From the NCBI GenBank assembly GCA_964639615.1, contig CAZXHH010000002.1, positions 8,290 to 72,289 of the forward strand: a stretch of 64,000 bases of DNA, given 5' to 3'. Position numbers and translations under genes: made by a program. Positions 29,735-39,962 of the stretch are shown here, in pieces. The notes under the pieces were generated by a model. That model did not search any database. It was not told the DNA's origin and saw nothing but the letters and a program-made list of their open reading frames with translations. Origin of the DNA: Candidatus Woesearchaeota archaeon (lineage in GTDB: Archaea > Nanobdellota > Nanobdellia > Pacearchaeales > GW2011-AR1). Position 1 is the stretch's first letter; each line of letters starts with the position of its first letter.

Positions 29735-29830
29735 TTAAGCATTAATCAATGCCAAAATAGTTGCAACTAAAATTAAAACAAACAATAAACGAAAAAGAAC
29801 TTTCTTATCTACCTCTCTCTTCATAAACAT
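29735..29830 (-). CDS. Possible 31-aa membrane peptide (not in ORF track)
   Basis: MFMKREVDKKVLFRLLFVLILVATILALINA; TTTATAAA upstream. Confidence 0.4.
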   Translation of the reverse strand: MFMKREVDKKVLFRLLFVLILVATILALINA

Positions 29831-29863
29831 AAAAAGAAAATATCATTTATAAATTTATTTTTA

Positions 29864-30055
29864 TCACTCAGAACTTTCTTCATCATCAATAATTTCTAAT
29901 TTTTTTATAGAACTAAAAGGAATAAAACCTTTGAATTTTCCATCTTCAATTAATTCAACAATCTTCTTATCATCATTAATAATCCCTTCAACTTCATCAC
30001 TATCTTCTTCTGAAGTAATAAATTCTATTCTAAATTTCTGAGTATCTTTTGGCAT
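29864..30055 (-). CDS. Small acidic hypothetical protein (start re-called to MPKDTQ)
   Basis: ATG 1 nt after serS stop. Confidence 0.6.
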   Translation of the reverse strand: MPKDTQKFRIEFITSEEDSDEVEGIINDDKKIVELIEDGKFKGFIPFSSIKKLEIIDDEESSE

Positions 30056-30056
30056 C

Positions 30057-31337
30057 TTATTTTTTAATTTCAATAACTTTTTTTCCACCCATATAAGGTT
30101 GCAGAACTTTTGGAATTTTTATTGAACCGTCTTTTTGTTGATTATTTTCCATAACTGCGATTAATGCTCGTGGAGAAGCTAAAACTGTATTATTCAATGT
30201 GTGAGCAAAATATCTTTTTCCTTTGTTTTCTATTTTTATATCTAATCTTCTTGCCTGAGCTTCTGTTAAATTAGAACATGAACCAACTTCGTAATACTTT
30301 TTTTGTCTTGGGCTCCAAGCTTCAACATCTGCTGATTTTGCTTTTAAGTCTGCTAAATCTCCAGAACAACATTCCAAAGTTCTTACAGGGACATCTAAAT
30401 TTTTGAAAACATCAACTGTGTACTGAAGAATTTTGTCATACCATTTATAAGAATCTTCAGGTTCACAAATAACAATCATCTCCTGTTTTTCAAACTGATG
30501 AAGTCTGTAAAATCCTTTTTCTTCAATACCATGCGCTCCAATTTCTTTTCTAAAACACGGACTATAACTTGTTAAAATTACAGGTATCTCTTTTCCTGTT
30601 AAAGTTTTTCCAATAAATCTCCCAATCATTGAATGTTCTGATGTTCCAATCATGTACAAATCCTCTCCTTCAATTTTATACATCATATTTTCCATTTCAG
30701 CAAAGCTCATAACACCTTCAACAACTTTTCTTCTTATCATAAAAGGAGGAACAACATATGTAAATCCCTGTTTAATCATATAATCTCTTGCATAAGCAAG
30801 AAGTGCAGAATGTAAAACAGCTATATCTCCTGTTAAAAAATAAAATCCATTTCCAGATGTTTCTCTTGCAGAATCAAAATCAACTCCATTTAATTTTTCA
30901 GCTAATTCTGCATGATTTAAAATTTCATAATTAGGAACTTCAGGTTTTCCTATTTTTTTAATTTCAACATTCTCTGAAGAGTCTTTTCCCATAGGTACAG
31001 ACTCGTGAATTATATTTGGAATTTTATACATAATCTGCTTTATCTGCTCTTCAAGTTCCTTTCTTTTCTCTTCAATTTCTGCTATTTTTTCAGGAATTTG
31101 CTTTGCTCTCTTAAGTTCTTTATCTGCATTTTTCTTTTCTTTTTTTAGCTTATTAATTTCTTCAGAAACTTTATTTCTTTCACTTCTTAAACTATCTTCC
31201 TCGTATTTTAATTTTCTCCATTTATCATCAAGAGAGATAACTTCATCAACTAACTTAATCTTATCATTCTGAAACTTTTTTTTCATATTCTCTTTTACAA
31301 GAGAAGGATTTTCTCTAATCAGTTTAATGTCAATCAT
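30057..31337 (-). CDS. serS: Serine--tRNA ligase
   Basis: MIDIKLIRENP, IPNIIHESVP.G, GTSEH, CFRKEIG, RLHQFEKQE, EVGSCSN, HTLNNT. Confidence 0.97.
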   Translation of the reverse strand: MIDIKLIRENPSLVKENMKKKFQNDKIKLVDEVISLDDKWRKLKYEEDSLRSERNKVSEEINKLKKEKKNADKELKRAKQIPEKIAEIEEKRKELEEQIKQIMYKIPNIIHESVPMGKDSSENVEIKKIGKPEVPNYEILNHAELAEKLNGVDFDSARETSGNGFYFLTGDIAVLHSALLAYARDYMIKQGFTYVVPPFMIRRKVVEGVMSFAEMENMMYKIEGEDLYMIGTSEHSMIGRFIGKTLTGKEIPVILTSYSPCFRKEIGAHGIEEKGFYRLHQFEKQEMIVICEPEDSYKWYDKILQYTVDVFKNLDVPVRTLECCSGDLADLKAKSADVEAWSPRQKKYYEVGSCSNLTEAQARRLDIKIENKGKRYFAHTLNNTVLASPRALIAVMENNQQKDGSIKIPKVLQPYMGGKKVIEIKK

Positions 31338-31390
31338 AAATTTATTAGAAAAAGATTATATTTAAATTTATTGAGTTAAATAAATGCAAA

Positions 31391-32923
31391 TCAGTAACCA
31401 TACTCCATATATCTCTGATGTTGCCTAAACTTCCATATTCCAAATCCTATTCCTCCTAGAAGAATAATTCCGCCAAGAATATACAATCCAGTGTTTTTCT
31501 TTTTCTCTTTTATCTTAATATTAGGTTTAGAAGAATTCGTTGTTGAATTTACAGTAGAGCTTGCTTTAATAGCATCTCTTACTGCTTGAGGAATTTCTTC
31601 ATTTATTTCCTTAAAAACCATTCTTGAACTATTGGTATAAGTTATATTTACTAAAGAAACTTGTAAATCATAAAAAGCATCATTATTCGCATTTATCTTT
31701 AATGTATAATTATTCCAAACAGAATAATTAGTATTATTGAAAGAGAAAGTAACATTCATAAGATTTCTATTTATTTCTTTTATCTGGACAATATAAGTTA
31801 TATTTGACAGATTTAATCTAATTATATCGCTTTTTCTAAAATATCCTTCAAATCCAACCTGCAATTGAGAAGTAGTTGGTTTGAATATCATTACTTCGTC
31901 TACATTCTCTTCGTCAGACGAACTCACACTATCTTCTTCAGCTTCTGAAGTTTTTAAAGTATAAATTGGTGTTGAATTCTTATTTCCAAAATTATCTGTA
32001 AAATACCATCTATATCCAATTATTTTATCAACATCTGAACTTAATATTTTTGTAACAATTATTGTTGCAGGGGTTGAAGTAAAGCTAACTGCACTATTAT
32101 TTGCCCAGCTTCCAGAATTATTTGTTGAAAAAATGTATTGCCCAGATGGATTTAATGCCAAATTATCATTTACTGTTATAGAAAACTTAGTGATTTGCCC
32201 AGCATCTGTATTATTAACACTCTTTGAAGAATAATTTGGTGAAACTAAATCTGCTGTAGTATTTAATGTATAAATTGAAGTAAAGTTTAAGTTTCCTGCA
32301 CTATCATTAAAATACCATCTGTAACCAACAAAAGTTCCAACAGTTGAATTTAATGTTTTTGTAACATCTGCCCAACTAGGGGTTGATGTGAAATTAACTG
32401 CACTATCATTAATCCAAGTTCCTGTGTTGTTTGTTGAAAAAATGTATTGTCCATTTGGATTCAATGCAAAATTATCATTTATGTATATTGAAAAACGAGT
32501 TAATTGCCCAGCATAACTATTATTTGAAGAATTTAAACTGGCTGTTGGGAAAGTTGTATCTGCTGTAGTAAAAAAACTGTAAATTGGGGTTGAGTTTGTT
32601 ATTGAAGAATTATCACTAGAATACCATCTAAAACCAATTAATATTCCTGGATTAGAATTTAAAATTTTTACACTAGTTATTGTTTGGGGAGTTGAAGTAA
32701 AATTAACTGCACTATCATTAATCCAAGTTCCTGTGTTGTTTGTTGAAAAAATGTATTGCCCTAATTGCTCCAAGGAAGAACTATCAGAAACTACAACACT
32801 AAACAAAGCAGGTTGTCTAGCAATAGTAACATTCACTTCAGTTGAATCAAAAGTTGGTTCAGCAACTAAAAAACCCAACAAAAATATTGTTAAAAAAATA
32901 ATAAACATCCATCTTTTTCTCAT
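31391..32923 (-). CDS. Cell-surface glycoprotein with three ~103-aa Ig-like repeats and C-terminal TM
   Basis: Signal peptide; repeated GQYIFSTNN.G.W.N.SAV.FTSTP...GYRWY..D..GN.N.T.IY; many NxS/T sequons. Confidence 0.8.
   Translation of the reverse strand: MRKRWMFIIFLTIFLLGFLVAEPTFDSTEVNVTIARQPALFSVVVSDSSSLEQLGQYIFSTNNTGTWINDSAVNFTSTPQTITSVKILNSNPGILIGFRWYSSDNSSITNSTPIYSFFTTADTTFPTASLNSSNNSYAGQLTRFSIYINDNFALNPNGQYIFSTNNTGTWINDSAVNFTSTPSWADVTKTLNSTVGTFVGYRWYFNDSAGNLNFTSIYTLNTTADLVSPNYSSKSVNNTDAGQITKFSITVNDNLALNPSGQYIFSTNNSGSWANNSAVSFTSTPATIIVTKILSSDVDKIIGYRWYFTDNFGNKNSTPIYTLKTSEAEEDSVSSSDEENVDEVMIFKPTTSQLQVGFEGYFRKSDIIRLNLSNITYIVQIKEINRNLMNVTFSFNNTNYSVWNNYTLKINANNDAFYDLQVSLVNITYTNSSRMVFKEINEEIPQAVRDAIKASSTVNSTTNSSKPNIKIKEKKKNTGLYILGGIILLGGIGFGIWKFRQHQRYMEYGY
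31950..32860 (-). repeat. Three ~309-nt intragenic repeats (approximate bounds)
   Basis: Near-identical DNA at 32382-32449 and 32691-32758; third diverged copy near 32070-32150. Confidence 0.8.
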
Positions 32924-32963
32924 ATTAGCGTTAGTTAATTTTTATATTTAAAGTTTATGAGAA

Positions 32964-34676
32964 TTATCCTTTCTCTGTTCTTGGGTGTTCGTGCCCTTTT
33001 CTTGCTGCCTCTTTAAGCATTTTAATATGATTTTCTTTTTCAACTTCATAGCCTTTAGCATTTGTCTTCAAATCACTTACCATTTTGGAAACATACTCGC
33101 CTCCCAAGAAATGAGGGGTTACAACATAATCTGCACCTTTTTTGTATAAATCAAGAGCATCATCAATTAACTGTGCTCTAACTATTATTATTGCTTCCTT
33201 GTTAATTTTCCTTATTGCATTAAGCAAAATAACATTAGTATCATATTCGGGAACTGTTGAAATTATTATTTTTGCTTTATCTAGTGGAAGTTCATTTAAG
33301 AAATCAATATCATCAACATCTCCGTATAAAGAAGGTACTCCAAGTTTATTCAATCCAGCTATTGTTTCTGGATTAAAATCAACAACAAGATATTTTTTAT
33401 TTGAATGTTTTAATGAATTTAAAATACTAAATCCAATTCTATTATATCCGAATAAAATTGCATAATATTCTTTGTTCAACTTTATTTCTTTATTCTTAAC
33501 ATCTTTTCTTTCAAACAACCCCGCAAACTTCCTCATTTTATCATAGAATTTTTCAGAATAAATTACCATATAAGTAGAAAAGAAAATAGTGATTATCATT
33601 GTTAAAATTAATGTGTGCAATACCTGACTTCCAACATGACCTAATGAAACTGCCATGAACAAGACAATTAATGAAAATTCTGATATTTGCGCAAGACTTG
33701 TCCCAACAAGGAAATTTGTTCTCTTAGTATAACCAAAGAATCCAGAAAGTGCCATTAAAATTACTGGCTTTAAGATAAGTACAACTGCTGACAAAATAAC
33801 TGCATTTAATAAAACACTTGGGATTGCAGAAAGCTCAACATTAAATCCTAAAATTATGAAGAAAATGATTATGAAAAAATCCCTTAATGGACTAATTCTT
33901 GAACTGATTTCTGCACTATAAGGAGTTAAAGAAAGAACAACTCCTGCTACTAATGCTCCAATCTCAATTGAAAATCCTAAAATACTAAAAAGAGCTGCAA
34001 TAACAAAACACCAGCATATTGAAAATAAGAAAAGTAATTCCTGAGATTTTGCAAGATTCTTAGTAAAAAATTGCAGTACAAAATAACCAATTAAAAAAAG
34101 CGCAATTATAATTCCAAATCCAAGCAATAAATTAGTTGTTGCAAATGTTGATGAAACTGGTTCAATTGAATTTGAAGAAATGAACATTAAAACTCCTGCT
34201 GCAACCAAATTCTGGAAAATCAAAACACCTATAGATATTTTTGCATAAAGTGATTCTAAATCTTCTTTATCAGAAAATAATTTCATGATTAAAATTGTAC
34301 TTGAAAATGAAAGTGCAAGTCCAATATAAACAGATTCAATTGTTGAAAAACCTAAAAAGCTATTTGCTATTAAGAAAGAAACTGCAAATGTTAATATAAT
34401 CTGGAAAAATCCTATAAAAAATGAAGATGCTCCTATTTCTTTAAGTGTTTTTGGATTTAGGCGTAAACCTACCATAAACAAAAGGAAAGCTATTCCAAAC
34501 TTAGATAAAACAGTTATAACATCTGTAGAAATACCAAATTTTATAATAAAAGGACTAATTAAAATACCTGCAATAATATATCCAATTAAAATTGGCTGCT
34601 TGAATAAGCTTACAATATAAGAAACTATGAAAGCTATAAGCAAAATAATTGCAAGTTCTATAAATATCTGCTCCAT
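32964..34676 (-). CDS. CPA2/Kef-type cation:proton antiporter with C-terminal TrkA-N (RCK) domain
   Basis: KQPILIGYIIAGIL, LSFSSTILI, PLRDFF, LAQISEFS, GYNRIG, YGD. Confidence 0.92.
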   Translation of the reverse strand: MEQIFIELAIILLIAFIVSYIVSLFKQPILIGYIIAGILISPFIIKFGISTDVITVLSKFGIAFLLFMVGLRLNPKTLKEIGASSFFIGFFQIILTFAVSFLIANSFLGFSTIESVYIGLALSFSSTILIMKLFSDKEDLESLYAKISIGVLIFQNLVAAGVLMFISSNSIEPVSSTFATTNLLLGFGIIIALFLIGYFVLQFFTKNLAKSQELLFLFSICWCFVIAALFSILGFSIEIGALVAGVVLSLTPYSAEISSRISPLRDFFIIIFFIILGFNVELSAIPSVLLNAVILSAVVLILKPVILMALSGFFGYTKRTNFLVGTSLAQISEFSLIVLFMAVSLGHVGSQVLHTLILTMIITIFFSTYMVIYSEKFYDKMRKFAGLFERKDVKNKEIKLNKEYYAILFGYNRIGFSILNSLKHSNKKYLVVDFNPETIAGLNKLGVPSLYGDVDDIDFLNELPLDKAKIIISTVPEYDTNVILLNAIRKINKEAIIIVRAQLIDDALDLYKKGADYVVTPHFLGGEYVSKMVSDLKTNAKGYEVEKENHIKMLKEAARKGHEHPRTEKG

Positions 34677-34796
34677 GATTCTTTTTTACCTGTAAAAGGA
34701 TCAGACGGAAATTTCTTATTTCCAGTTTTTCACCTCCAAAAAAAGAAGGAATCATCCTATAAAAAGCTTTTTAAACCATTTCTCAATAAATGTACT

Positions 34797-35105
34797 ATGG
34801 CAAAAGTAAGAATCAAACTCAACAGTACAAACATTGAAATGCTTAATACTATCTGCGATTCAATCAAGGATATAGCTAAAAAATCAGGCATTACAATCAG
34901 TGGACCTGTTCCTTTACCAACAAAAAAGCTCAAGGTAACTACAAGAAAATCTCCTTGTGGAAATGGTACAGCTACATTCGACCATTTTGAAATGAGAATC
35001 CACAAAAGATTAATTGATTTGCCAGCAAATGAAAAAATACTTCATCATATTGTTAGAATGCAGATACCAAAATCTGTAAATGTTAAGATTGAAATGAAGG
35101 ATTAA
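34797..35105 (+). CDS. rpsJ: 30S ribosomal protein S10 (uS10)
   Basis: RIKL, GPVPLPTK, TRKSPCGNG, FEMRIHKRLID. Confidence 0.97.
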   Translation: MAKVRIKLNSTNIEMLNTICDSIKDIAKKSGITISGPVPLPTKKLKVTTRKSPCGNGTATFDHFEMRIHKRLIDLPANEKILHHIVRMQIPKSVNVKIEMKD

Positions 35106-35166
35106 TTTCTGATAACTATCAAATTTTATTAAAAAGATTTAAAATATACAATTAATCTTTTATCAT

Positions 35167-35736
35167 ATGAAAAATTTAAAAACATTCATTATTATTTTTA
35201 TTGTAATAGCTCTAATTATTTTGGCTATAATATTCGTACCTCAATTAACAGGAAACACAATGGCAAAATCAACAGGAACAAAAGTTAAGCTTGAAACAAA
35301 TTATGGAGATATAATTATACAACTTTATTCTGATATGCCCGTGACCGCGTCTAATTTTGAAAAATTAGCATCTCAAGGATTTTATGACAATACAATCTTC
35401 CACAGAGTAATTGAAGGATTCATGATTCAGGGAGGAGACCCAAAAGGAACAGGAATGGGTGGTCCCGGATATAATATAAAAGACGAATTCACACATGCAG
35501 GCGGAAATAAAAATAACAGGGGGACAATATCAATGGCAAATGCAGGTCCAAACACAGGCGGCTCACAATTTTTTATTAATTTGGTAAATAATAATTATCT
35601 TGATGGAAAACATCCAACTTTTGGAGAAGTTGTAAAAGGAATGGATGTTGTTGATAAAATTGCTTCTGTTTCAACTGATGCAGGCGACAGACCACTTAAG
35701 CCAGTTATAATTAAGAAAGCTGTTGTTATGAAATAA
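35167..35736 (+). CDS. ppiA: Cyclophilin-type peptidyl-prolyl isomerase with N-terminal membrane anchor
   Basis: FHRVIEGFMIQGGDP, MANAGPNTGGSQFFI, LDGKHPTFG. Confidence 0.93.
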   Translation: MKNLKTFIIIFIVIALIILAIIFVPQLTGNTMAKSTGTKVKLETNYGDIIIQLYSDMPVTASNFEKLASQGFYDNTIFHRVIEGFMIQGGDPKGTGMGGPGYNIKDEFTHAGGNKNNRGTISMANAGPNTGGSQFFINLVNNNYLDGKHPTFGEVVKGMDVVDKIASVSTDAGDRPLKPVIIKKAVVMK

Positions 35737-35856
35737 TTATTTTGGATTAATTTTAATTTTAGTTATCTTTAAACTGAATTAGAATTTTGTTAACTATTAA
35801 TTTAATTTACTCACTAACTACTTCTTTATAAATTATTAATAATTGCTAATAAAAAT

Positions 35857-36000
35857 TTATATTTTAATTTTAGAATCAGCTACTTTATCAGAATGAACAT
35901 CCATTTTTCCGTCTTGTAGGCAATCCCAACAAGTATGAATACTTCCATCCTTCTCTTTTACTATTCCGGTTCCACCACATTTTGGACAATTATTTCCCAT
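35857..36000 (-). CDS. Small Zn-finger protein (47 aa, not in ORF track)
   Basis: MGNNCPKCGGTGIVKEKDGSIHTCWDCLQDGKMDVHSDKVADSKIKI; TTTAAA upstream. Confidence 0.75.
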   Translation of the reverse strand: MGNNCPKCGGTGIVKEKDGSIHTCWDCLQDGKMDVHSDKVADSKIKI

Positions 36001-36135
36001 GTATTTTTTAATTAATTACACTATTTAAAATTATTTGCTTTCAAAAATATACACAAAACTGAAGATTTTACAAAAACATTTATAAAACATCTTTATTTGA
36101 TTTTATTATGTTTGGAGACATAGTAGATTGGTAAA

Positions 36136-36459
36136 ATGGAAAAAGATATAGGAAAATTAAGAAAAAACGATACAACAGATATTGTTGTTAGAATTGATGA
36201 TTTCGGTGGAAGAAAAGGATTAACAATTAGAGAATATGTTACAAGTGATAGATACACTGGTTTCACAAAGGCTGGAGTAAGAATAGGAGCAGCTGATTTT
36301 AAAAAATTCAAAGAAATGATTAATTCTGTGGCTGAAGAAGATTTAGAAGGTGAAGCTGAAAGTTCACCTTCAGAACCAAAAGAAAGAAAATCTTTTTCAA
36401 AAAAGTCTCCTCCGAAAAAAACTGCACCAGCAGATGATGAAGAATTACCTGATTACTAA
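36136..36459 (+). CDS. PC4/p15 (YdbC-like) ssDNA-binding protein
   Basis: VVRIDDFGGRKGLTIREYV...GFTKAGVRI; acidic C-tail. Confidence 0.75.
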   Translation: MEKDIGKLRKNDTTDIVVRIDDFGGRKGLTIREYVTSDRYTGFTKAGVRIGAADFKKFKEMINSVAEEDLEGEAESSPSEPKERKSFSKKSPPKKTAPADDEELPDY

Positions 36460-36523
36460 TACTTTTGTAATATCTAGTTAAAATTATAATAATTCTTTTA
36501 AAGAAATATTTCATAAAATTTTT

Positions 36524-36895
36524 ATGGAAAAAATAATTCTAATGGGAGAGAATGGATATTATTATCAAGCAGAAAAAAATAAAGATAATTTCAATCTAGA
36601 ACAATCAAAAAAACTCATGAAAATAAATGCAGGATCGGTTGTTCCATATGGTTTTGCTTTTGAATTTGGACCATCAAAAGAAGTAAGATTCACACTAGGA
36701 AAATATCATTCTGAAAATATAGCATTAACAGAAAAAGACGTAACTAAAAAGAATTTTGAATTTACAATTAACAGTCTTGAAAAAATGGTTGAAGATAAAG
36801 GAGCAGATTATATTCTAGTAGATAATTTTCATAGAAATCATGAAGATTTTTATGGAAAAGCTCAACTTTTGTTAAAACTTCCTTGTGCAGATTAA
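36524..36895 (+). CDS. Hypothetical protein
   Basis: 123-aa ORF with upstream TTTAAA. Confidence 0.6.
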   Translation: MEKIILMGENGYYYQAEKNKDNFNLEQSKKLMKINAGSVVPYGFAFEFGPSKEVRFTLGKYHSENIALTEKDVTKKNFEFTINSLEKMVEDKGADYILVDNFHRNHEDFYGKAQLLLKLPCAD

Positions 36896-36944
36896 TTAAC
36901 TATTTTTTACAAAAGTATTAAAACACATTTTAACTCAATTAAGT

Positions 36945-37349
36945 ATGAATAAAAAAAAGAAGAGTACAATTGTTACATCTGCAATAATACTTGGAATACT
37001 TCTTTTAATTGTAATAATTTTTTCATTAACAAAAAATCCCTCTTCAAGTCTTGTTGATGCACAAACTGCTCAATGCATAGGAAACAAATCTCATTTATAT
37101 GTTCAACTTGGATGTCCTGCATGTAAAGTTCAGGAAGATATGTTTGGAAAAAATTACAAGTATCTTAATACGACAGACTGCAGAGTAAATATGCAACCAT
37201 GCACTGCTGCAAATATAACTGCAACTCCAACTTGGAAAGTAGGAAATAAAACTTACATTGGGGTTCAATCAATTGATAATTTGAAAAATTTTACTGGTTG
37301 TAGATTAGATTCAGGAAATGATACAAATAATTCCAACACAAGTAATTAA
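36945..37349 (+). CDS. Membrane-anchored thioredoxin/glutaredoxin-fold protein
   Basis: N-terminal TM, GCPAC, cis-Pro TPTW. Confidence 0.75.
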   Translation: MNKKKKSTIVTSAIILGILLLIVIIFSLTKNPSSSLVDAQTAQCIGNKSHLYVQLGCPACKVQEDMFGKNYKYLNTTDCRVNMQPCTAANITATPTWKVGNKTYIGVQSIDNLKNFTGCRLDSGNDTNNSNTSN

Positions 37350-37423
37350 CTCGTCGATAAAAATTAAAAAATAATAACCTTTTTAAATAAAAGATTACTA
37401 AAAATCCAAGTAATGATTGACCT

Positions 37424-37903
37424 ATGAAAAAATCAGAAGAACCGCCCTCCAAATTCGTGGGCAAAAAAGACTCCAAAAAAAACGTGGAAAATATTTCTCA
37501 ATTATTAACACTATTGAAAAATTCTAAGAAAAAAATTCAAGTTTCAGAAAAAAATATTGAAACAAGGGTTAGTTCAAATGAGAAATTCCCAATTAATGAT
37601 TATACAAAATCTTCTGAATATTTTAGTGAAGATATTTCGCTAACAAATAAACCTATAGAGTTTACAAAAACAAGAAAAGATTCTAATTTCAACAGATTAA
37701 ATCAAAATTATCTTCAAGACGAAAACACTTCTTTAAGCCAAAAAAGTCCTGAAAAATTTTATCAATTTAAATCATCCTATTCTTTTTTGCAGCAAAATGA
37801 AGAAAAGAAAGAAAATTTTGATTATGAAAAGCCAAAAGAAGTAATTTACAACTTGTTTGATGAAGAAAATGCAGAAGAAGAAAGCTTACAAATTGCACTA
37901 TAA
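37424..37903 (+). CDS. Low-complexity hypothetical protein
   Basis: 159-aa K/E/N/S-rich ORF. Confidence 0.5.
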   Translation: MKKSEEPPSKFVGKKDSKKNVENISQLLTLLKNSKKKIQVSEKNIETRVSSNEKFPINDYTKSSEYFSEDISLTNKPIEFTKTRKDSNFNRLNQNYLQDENTSLSQKSPEKFYQFKSSYSFLQQNEEKKENFDYEKPKEVIYNLFDEENAEEESLQIAL

Positions 37904-37964
37904 AAAAGTTTAAAAAGAAAATTATTTTATTTCTTTAAAAGATTGCCAAAAAAAGGAGGATACC

Positions 37965-38186
37965 ATGGAAGCAAACTATATACAAGAAAGGATGTCTGAA
38001 ATTCAAAAGAGTGATGATCTATCTAAAGTCATGGGTAAACTTCTCTCTGGAAAAGCAGGATACAAAGCCGTCATTGAAAAAAAGAAAGAAGTAATAAGAT
38101 GTAGTGGATGCGGATTAATGTTCGAAAATCCTGTGAAATTTTGCCCTGAATGTGGGACAAAAATGGAAATGCCTAAGAAGCAATAA
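37965..38186 (+). CDS. Small Zn-ribbon protein
   Basis: RCSGCG...KFCPECG; SD GGAGG upstream. Confidence 0.8.
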   Translation: MEANYIQERMSEIQKSDDLSKVMGKLLSGKAGYKAVIEKKKEVIRCSGCGLMFENPVKFCPECGTKMEMPKKQ

Positions 38187-38253
38187 TTATTTACTATAAT
38201 CTAATTTTTTTAAGACCAAGTAAATTTATAAAATGTATTTGCATAATAACTAA

Positions 38254-39945
38254 ATGGTTCAAGAGGTGTTAATATCAATCAGCATTGTAATTGCTGTTGC
38301 TGCATTTCTAACTATTTTAGGCAGGATGGTTAAACAACCTCCTATAATTTCTTATTTAATTGCCGGAATTCTTGTTGGACCTTTATTTCTAAATGTTCTC
38401 TCTCAAGAATCAATTAGCATGGTGCAAACATTTGCCCATATTGGGGTTGCATTCTTATTGTTTATTGTAGGACTAAATTTGGATGTTAGAGTTCTAAAAG
38501 AAATAGGAGGAGTTTCAACTTTTGCAGGTATTTCGGAGATTCTGTTAGCAGGAGGAATAGGTGCATTAATTGCTATAGCAATGGGCTTCTCAAACACTAC
38601 TGCATTATACATTGGAGCTGCACTTGCATTTTCTTCAACTGTAGTTGTTGTTAAAATTCTATCTGATAAAAAAGAAATCGATACTTTACATGGGAGAATA
38701 GCATTAGGGATACTAATAGTGGAAGACTTTGTTGCTGCAATTGCATTAATGATAATTCCTTTGGTTCAGGAATCAAAAGGAATCTGGCCAATATTAAGTG
38801 AATTTTTAATTGGCATTGGTTTAATCTTCCTAGTTTTCTTAATTTCTGCTTTACTATTTAATAAACTTATGAATTATCTTGCAAGAAGTCAGGAAGTTCT
38901 GTTCTTGTTTGGAATTGCCTGGGCTTTAATTCTGGCTTCAGTTTTTGATATGTTAGGATTTTCACTTGAAATAGGTGCTTTAATTGCAGGTATGTCTTTA
39001 GCTTCTTCTAAATATTCTCTTGATTTAGGAGGAAAAATTAAACCTCTTAGAGATTTCTTTGTTGTTCTTTTCTTTGTTTTCTTTGGAAGTCAACTTGCTG
39101 GAACAATAGATGGTAAATTAATTTTGCATGCTGTTTTATTTTCTCTATTTATTGTAATTGGAAAACCAATTATTGTAATGACTGTTTTAAGAATAAGAGG
39201 CTACAAAAAGAGAACAAATTTCCTTGCAGGTGCAACAATAGCACAAATAAGTGAATTCTCTTTAATCATTATATTACTTGGCTTCACACTAGGACAGTTA
39301 AGTCAGGAAGTTATGAGCCTTATTATTCTAGTTGCTTTAATGACAATAGGATTAAGCAGTTATAGCATTTATTATTCACATTGGATTTTCAATAAACTAT
39401 CAAATATCCTAGAAATATTCGAAGGAAAAATGCACAAGAAAGAAGAAAAAAGAGAGCACAATTATGATGTTCTTTTATTAGGCTATCATAGAATTGGATA
39501 CAAAATAATGAAAGCCCTTGAAAAATCTGGAAATAGTTTTGCAATTGTAGATTATAATCCTAAAGTAATATTAAATTTAGGAAAGGAAAAAATAAACTGC
39601 ATTTATGGGGATGTTGCAGAAAAAGAATTGCTTAGGGAATTAAACCTTCATAAAGTAAAAATAATAATCTCTACAATTCCAGATGCAAGTGTAAATTATG
39701 CTGTAACAAGTTATCTAAAAGAAATCAAATCAAATGCAATATTCTTGGCAACAACAGAGCATTCTAAAGAAGCATTGGAACTTTACGACCAAGGCGTAGA
39801 CTTTGTAATTGTGCCCCAGCATCTTGGAGGAAACTATGTTGCAGACATGATTCAAAAATACGGTTTAGATAAAAAATCTTATCAGAAAGAAGGACAAACA
39901 CATCTTAGAGAAATCAAAGAAAGTAAAAAAGACGTGTATAAATAA
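38254..39945 (+). CDS. CPA2/Kef-type cation:proton antiporter with TrkA-N domain (paralog of 32964..34676)
   Basis: KQPPIISYLIAG, LAFSSTVVVVK, IVEDF, PLRDFF, AQISEFS, GYHRIG. Confidence 0.92.
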   Translation: MVQEVLISISIVIAVAAFLTILGRMVKQPPIISYLIAGILVGPLFLNVLSQESISMVQTFAHIGVAFLLFIVGLNLDVRVLKEIGGVSTFAGISEILLAGGIGALIAIAMGFSNTTALYIGAALAFSSTVVVVKILSDKKEIDTLHGRIALGILIVEDFVAAIALMIIPLVQESKGIWPILSEFLIGIGLIFLVFLISALLFNKLMNYLARSQEVLFLFGIAWALILASVFDMLGFSLEIGALIAGMSLASSKYSLDLGGKIKPLRDFFVVLFFVFFGSQLAGTIDGKLILHAVLFSLFIVIGKPIIVMTVLRIRGYKKRTNFLAGATIAQISEFSLIIILLGFTLGQLSQEVMSLIILVALMTIGLSSYSIYYSHWIFNKLSNILEIFEGKMHKKEEKREHNYDVLLLGYHRIGYKIMKALEKSGNSFAIVDYNPKVILNLGKEKINCIYGDVAEKELLRELNLHKVKIIISTIPDASVNYAVTSYLKEIKSNAIFLATTEHSKEALELYDQGVDFVIVPQHLGGNYVADMIQKYGLDKKSYQKEGQTHLREIKESKKDVYK

Positions 39946-39962
39946 CAAAAGGGATAATTAAT

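Noticed and set aside
34677..34760. Possible riboswitch before the Kef antiporter (GGAGGTGA, GGAAAT/ATTTCC hairpin)
   Set aside because: Does not match fluoride or c-di-AMP consensus by eye; short AT-rich stems; the SD-like element has no ATG at the right spacing.
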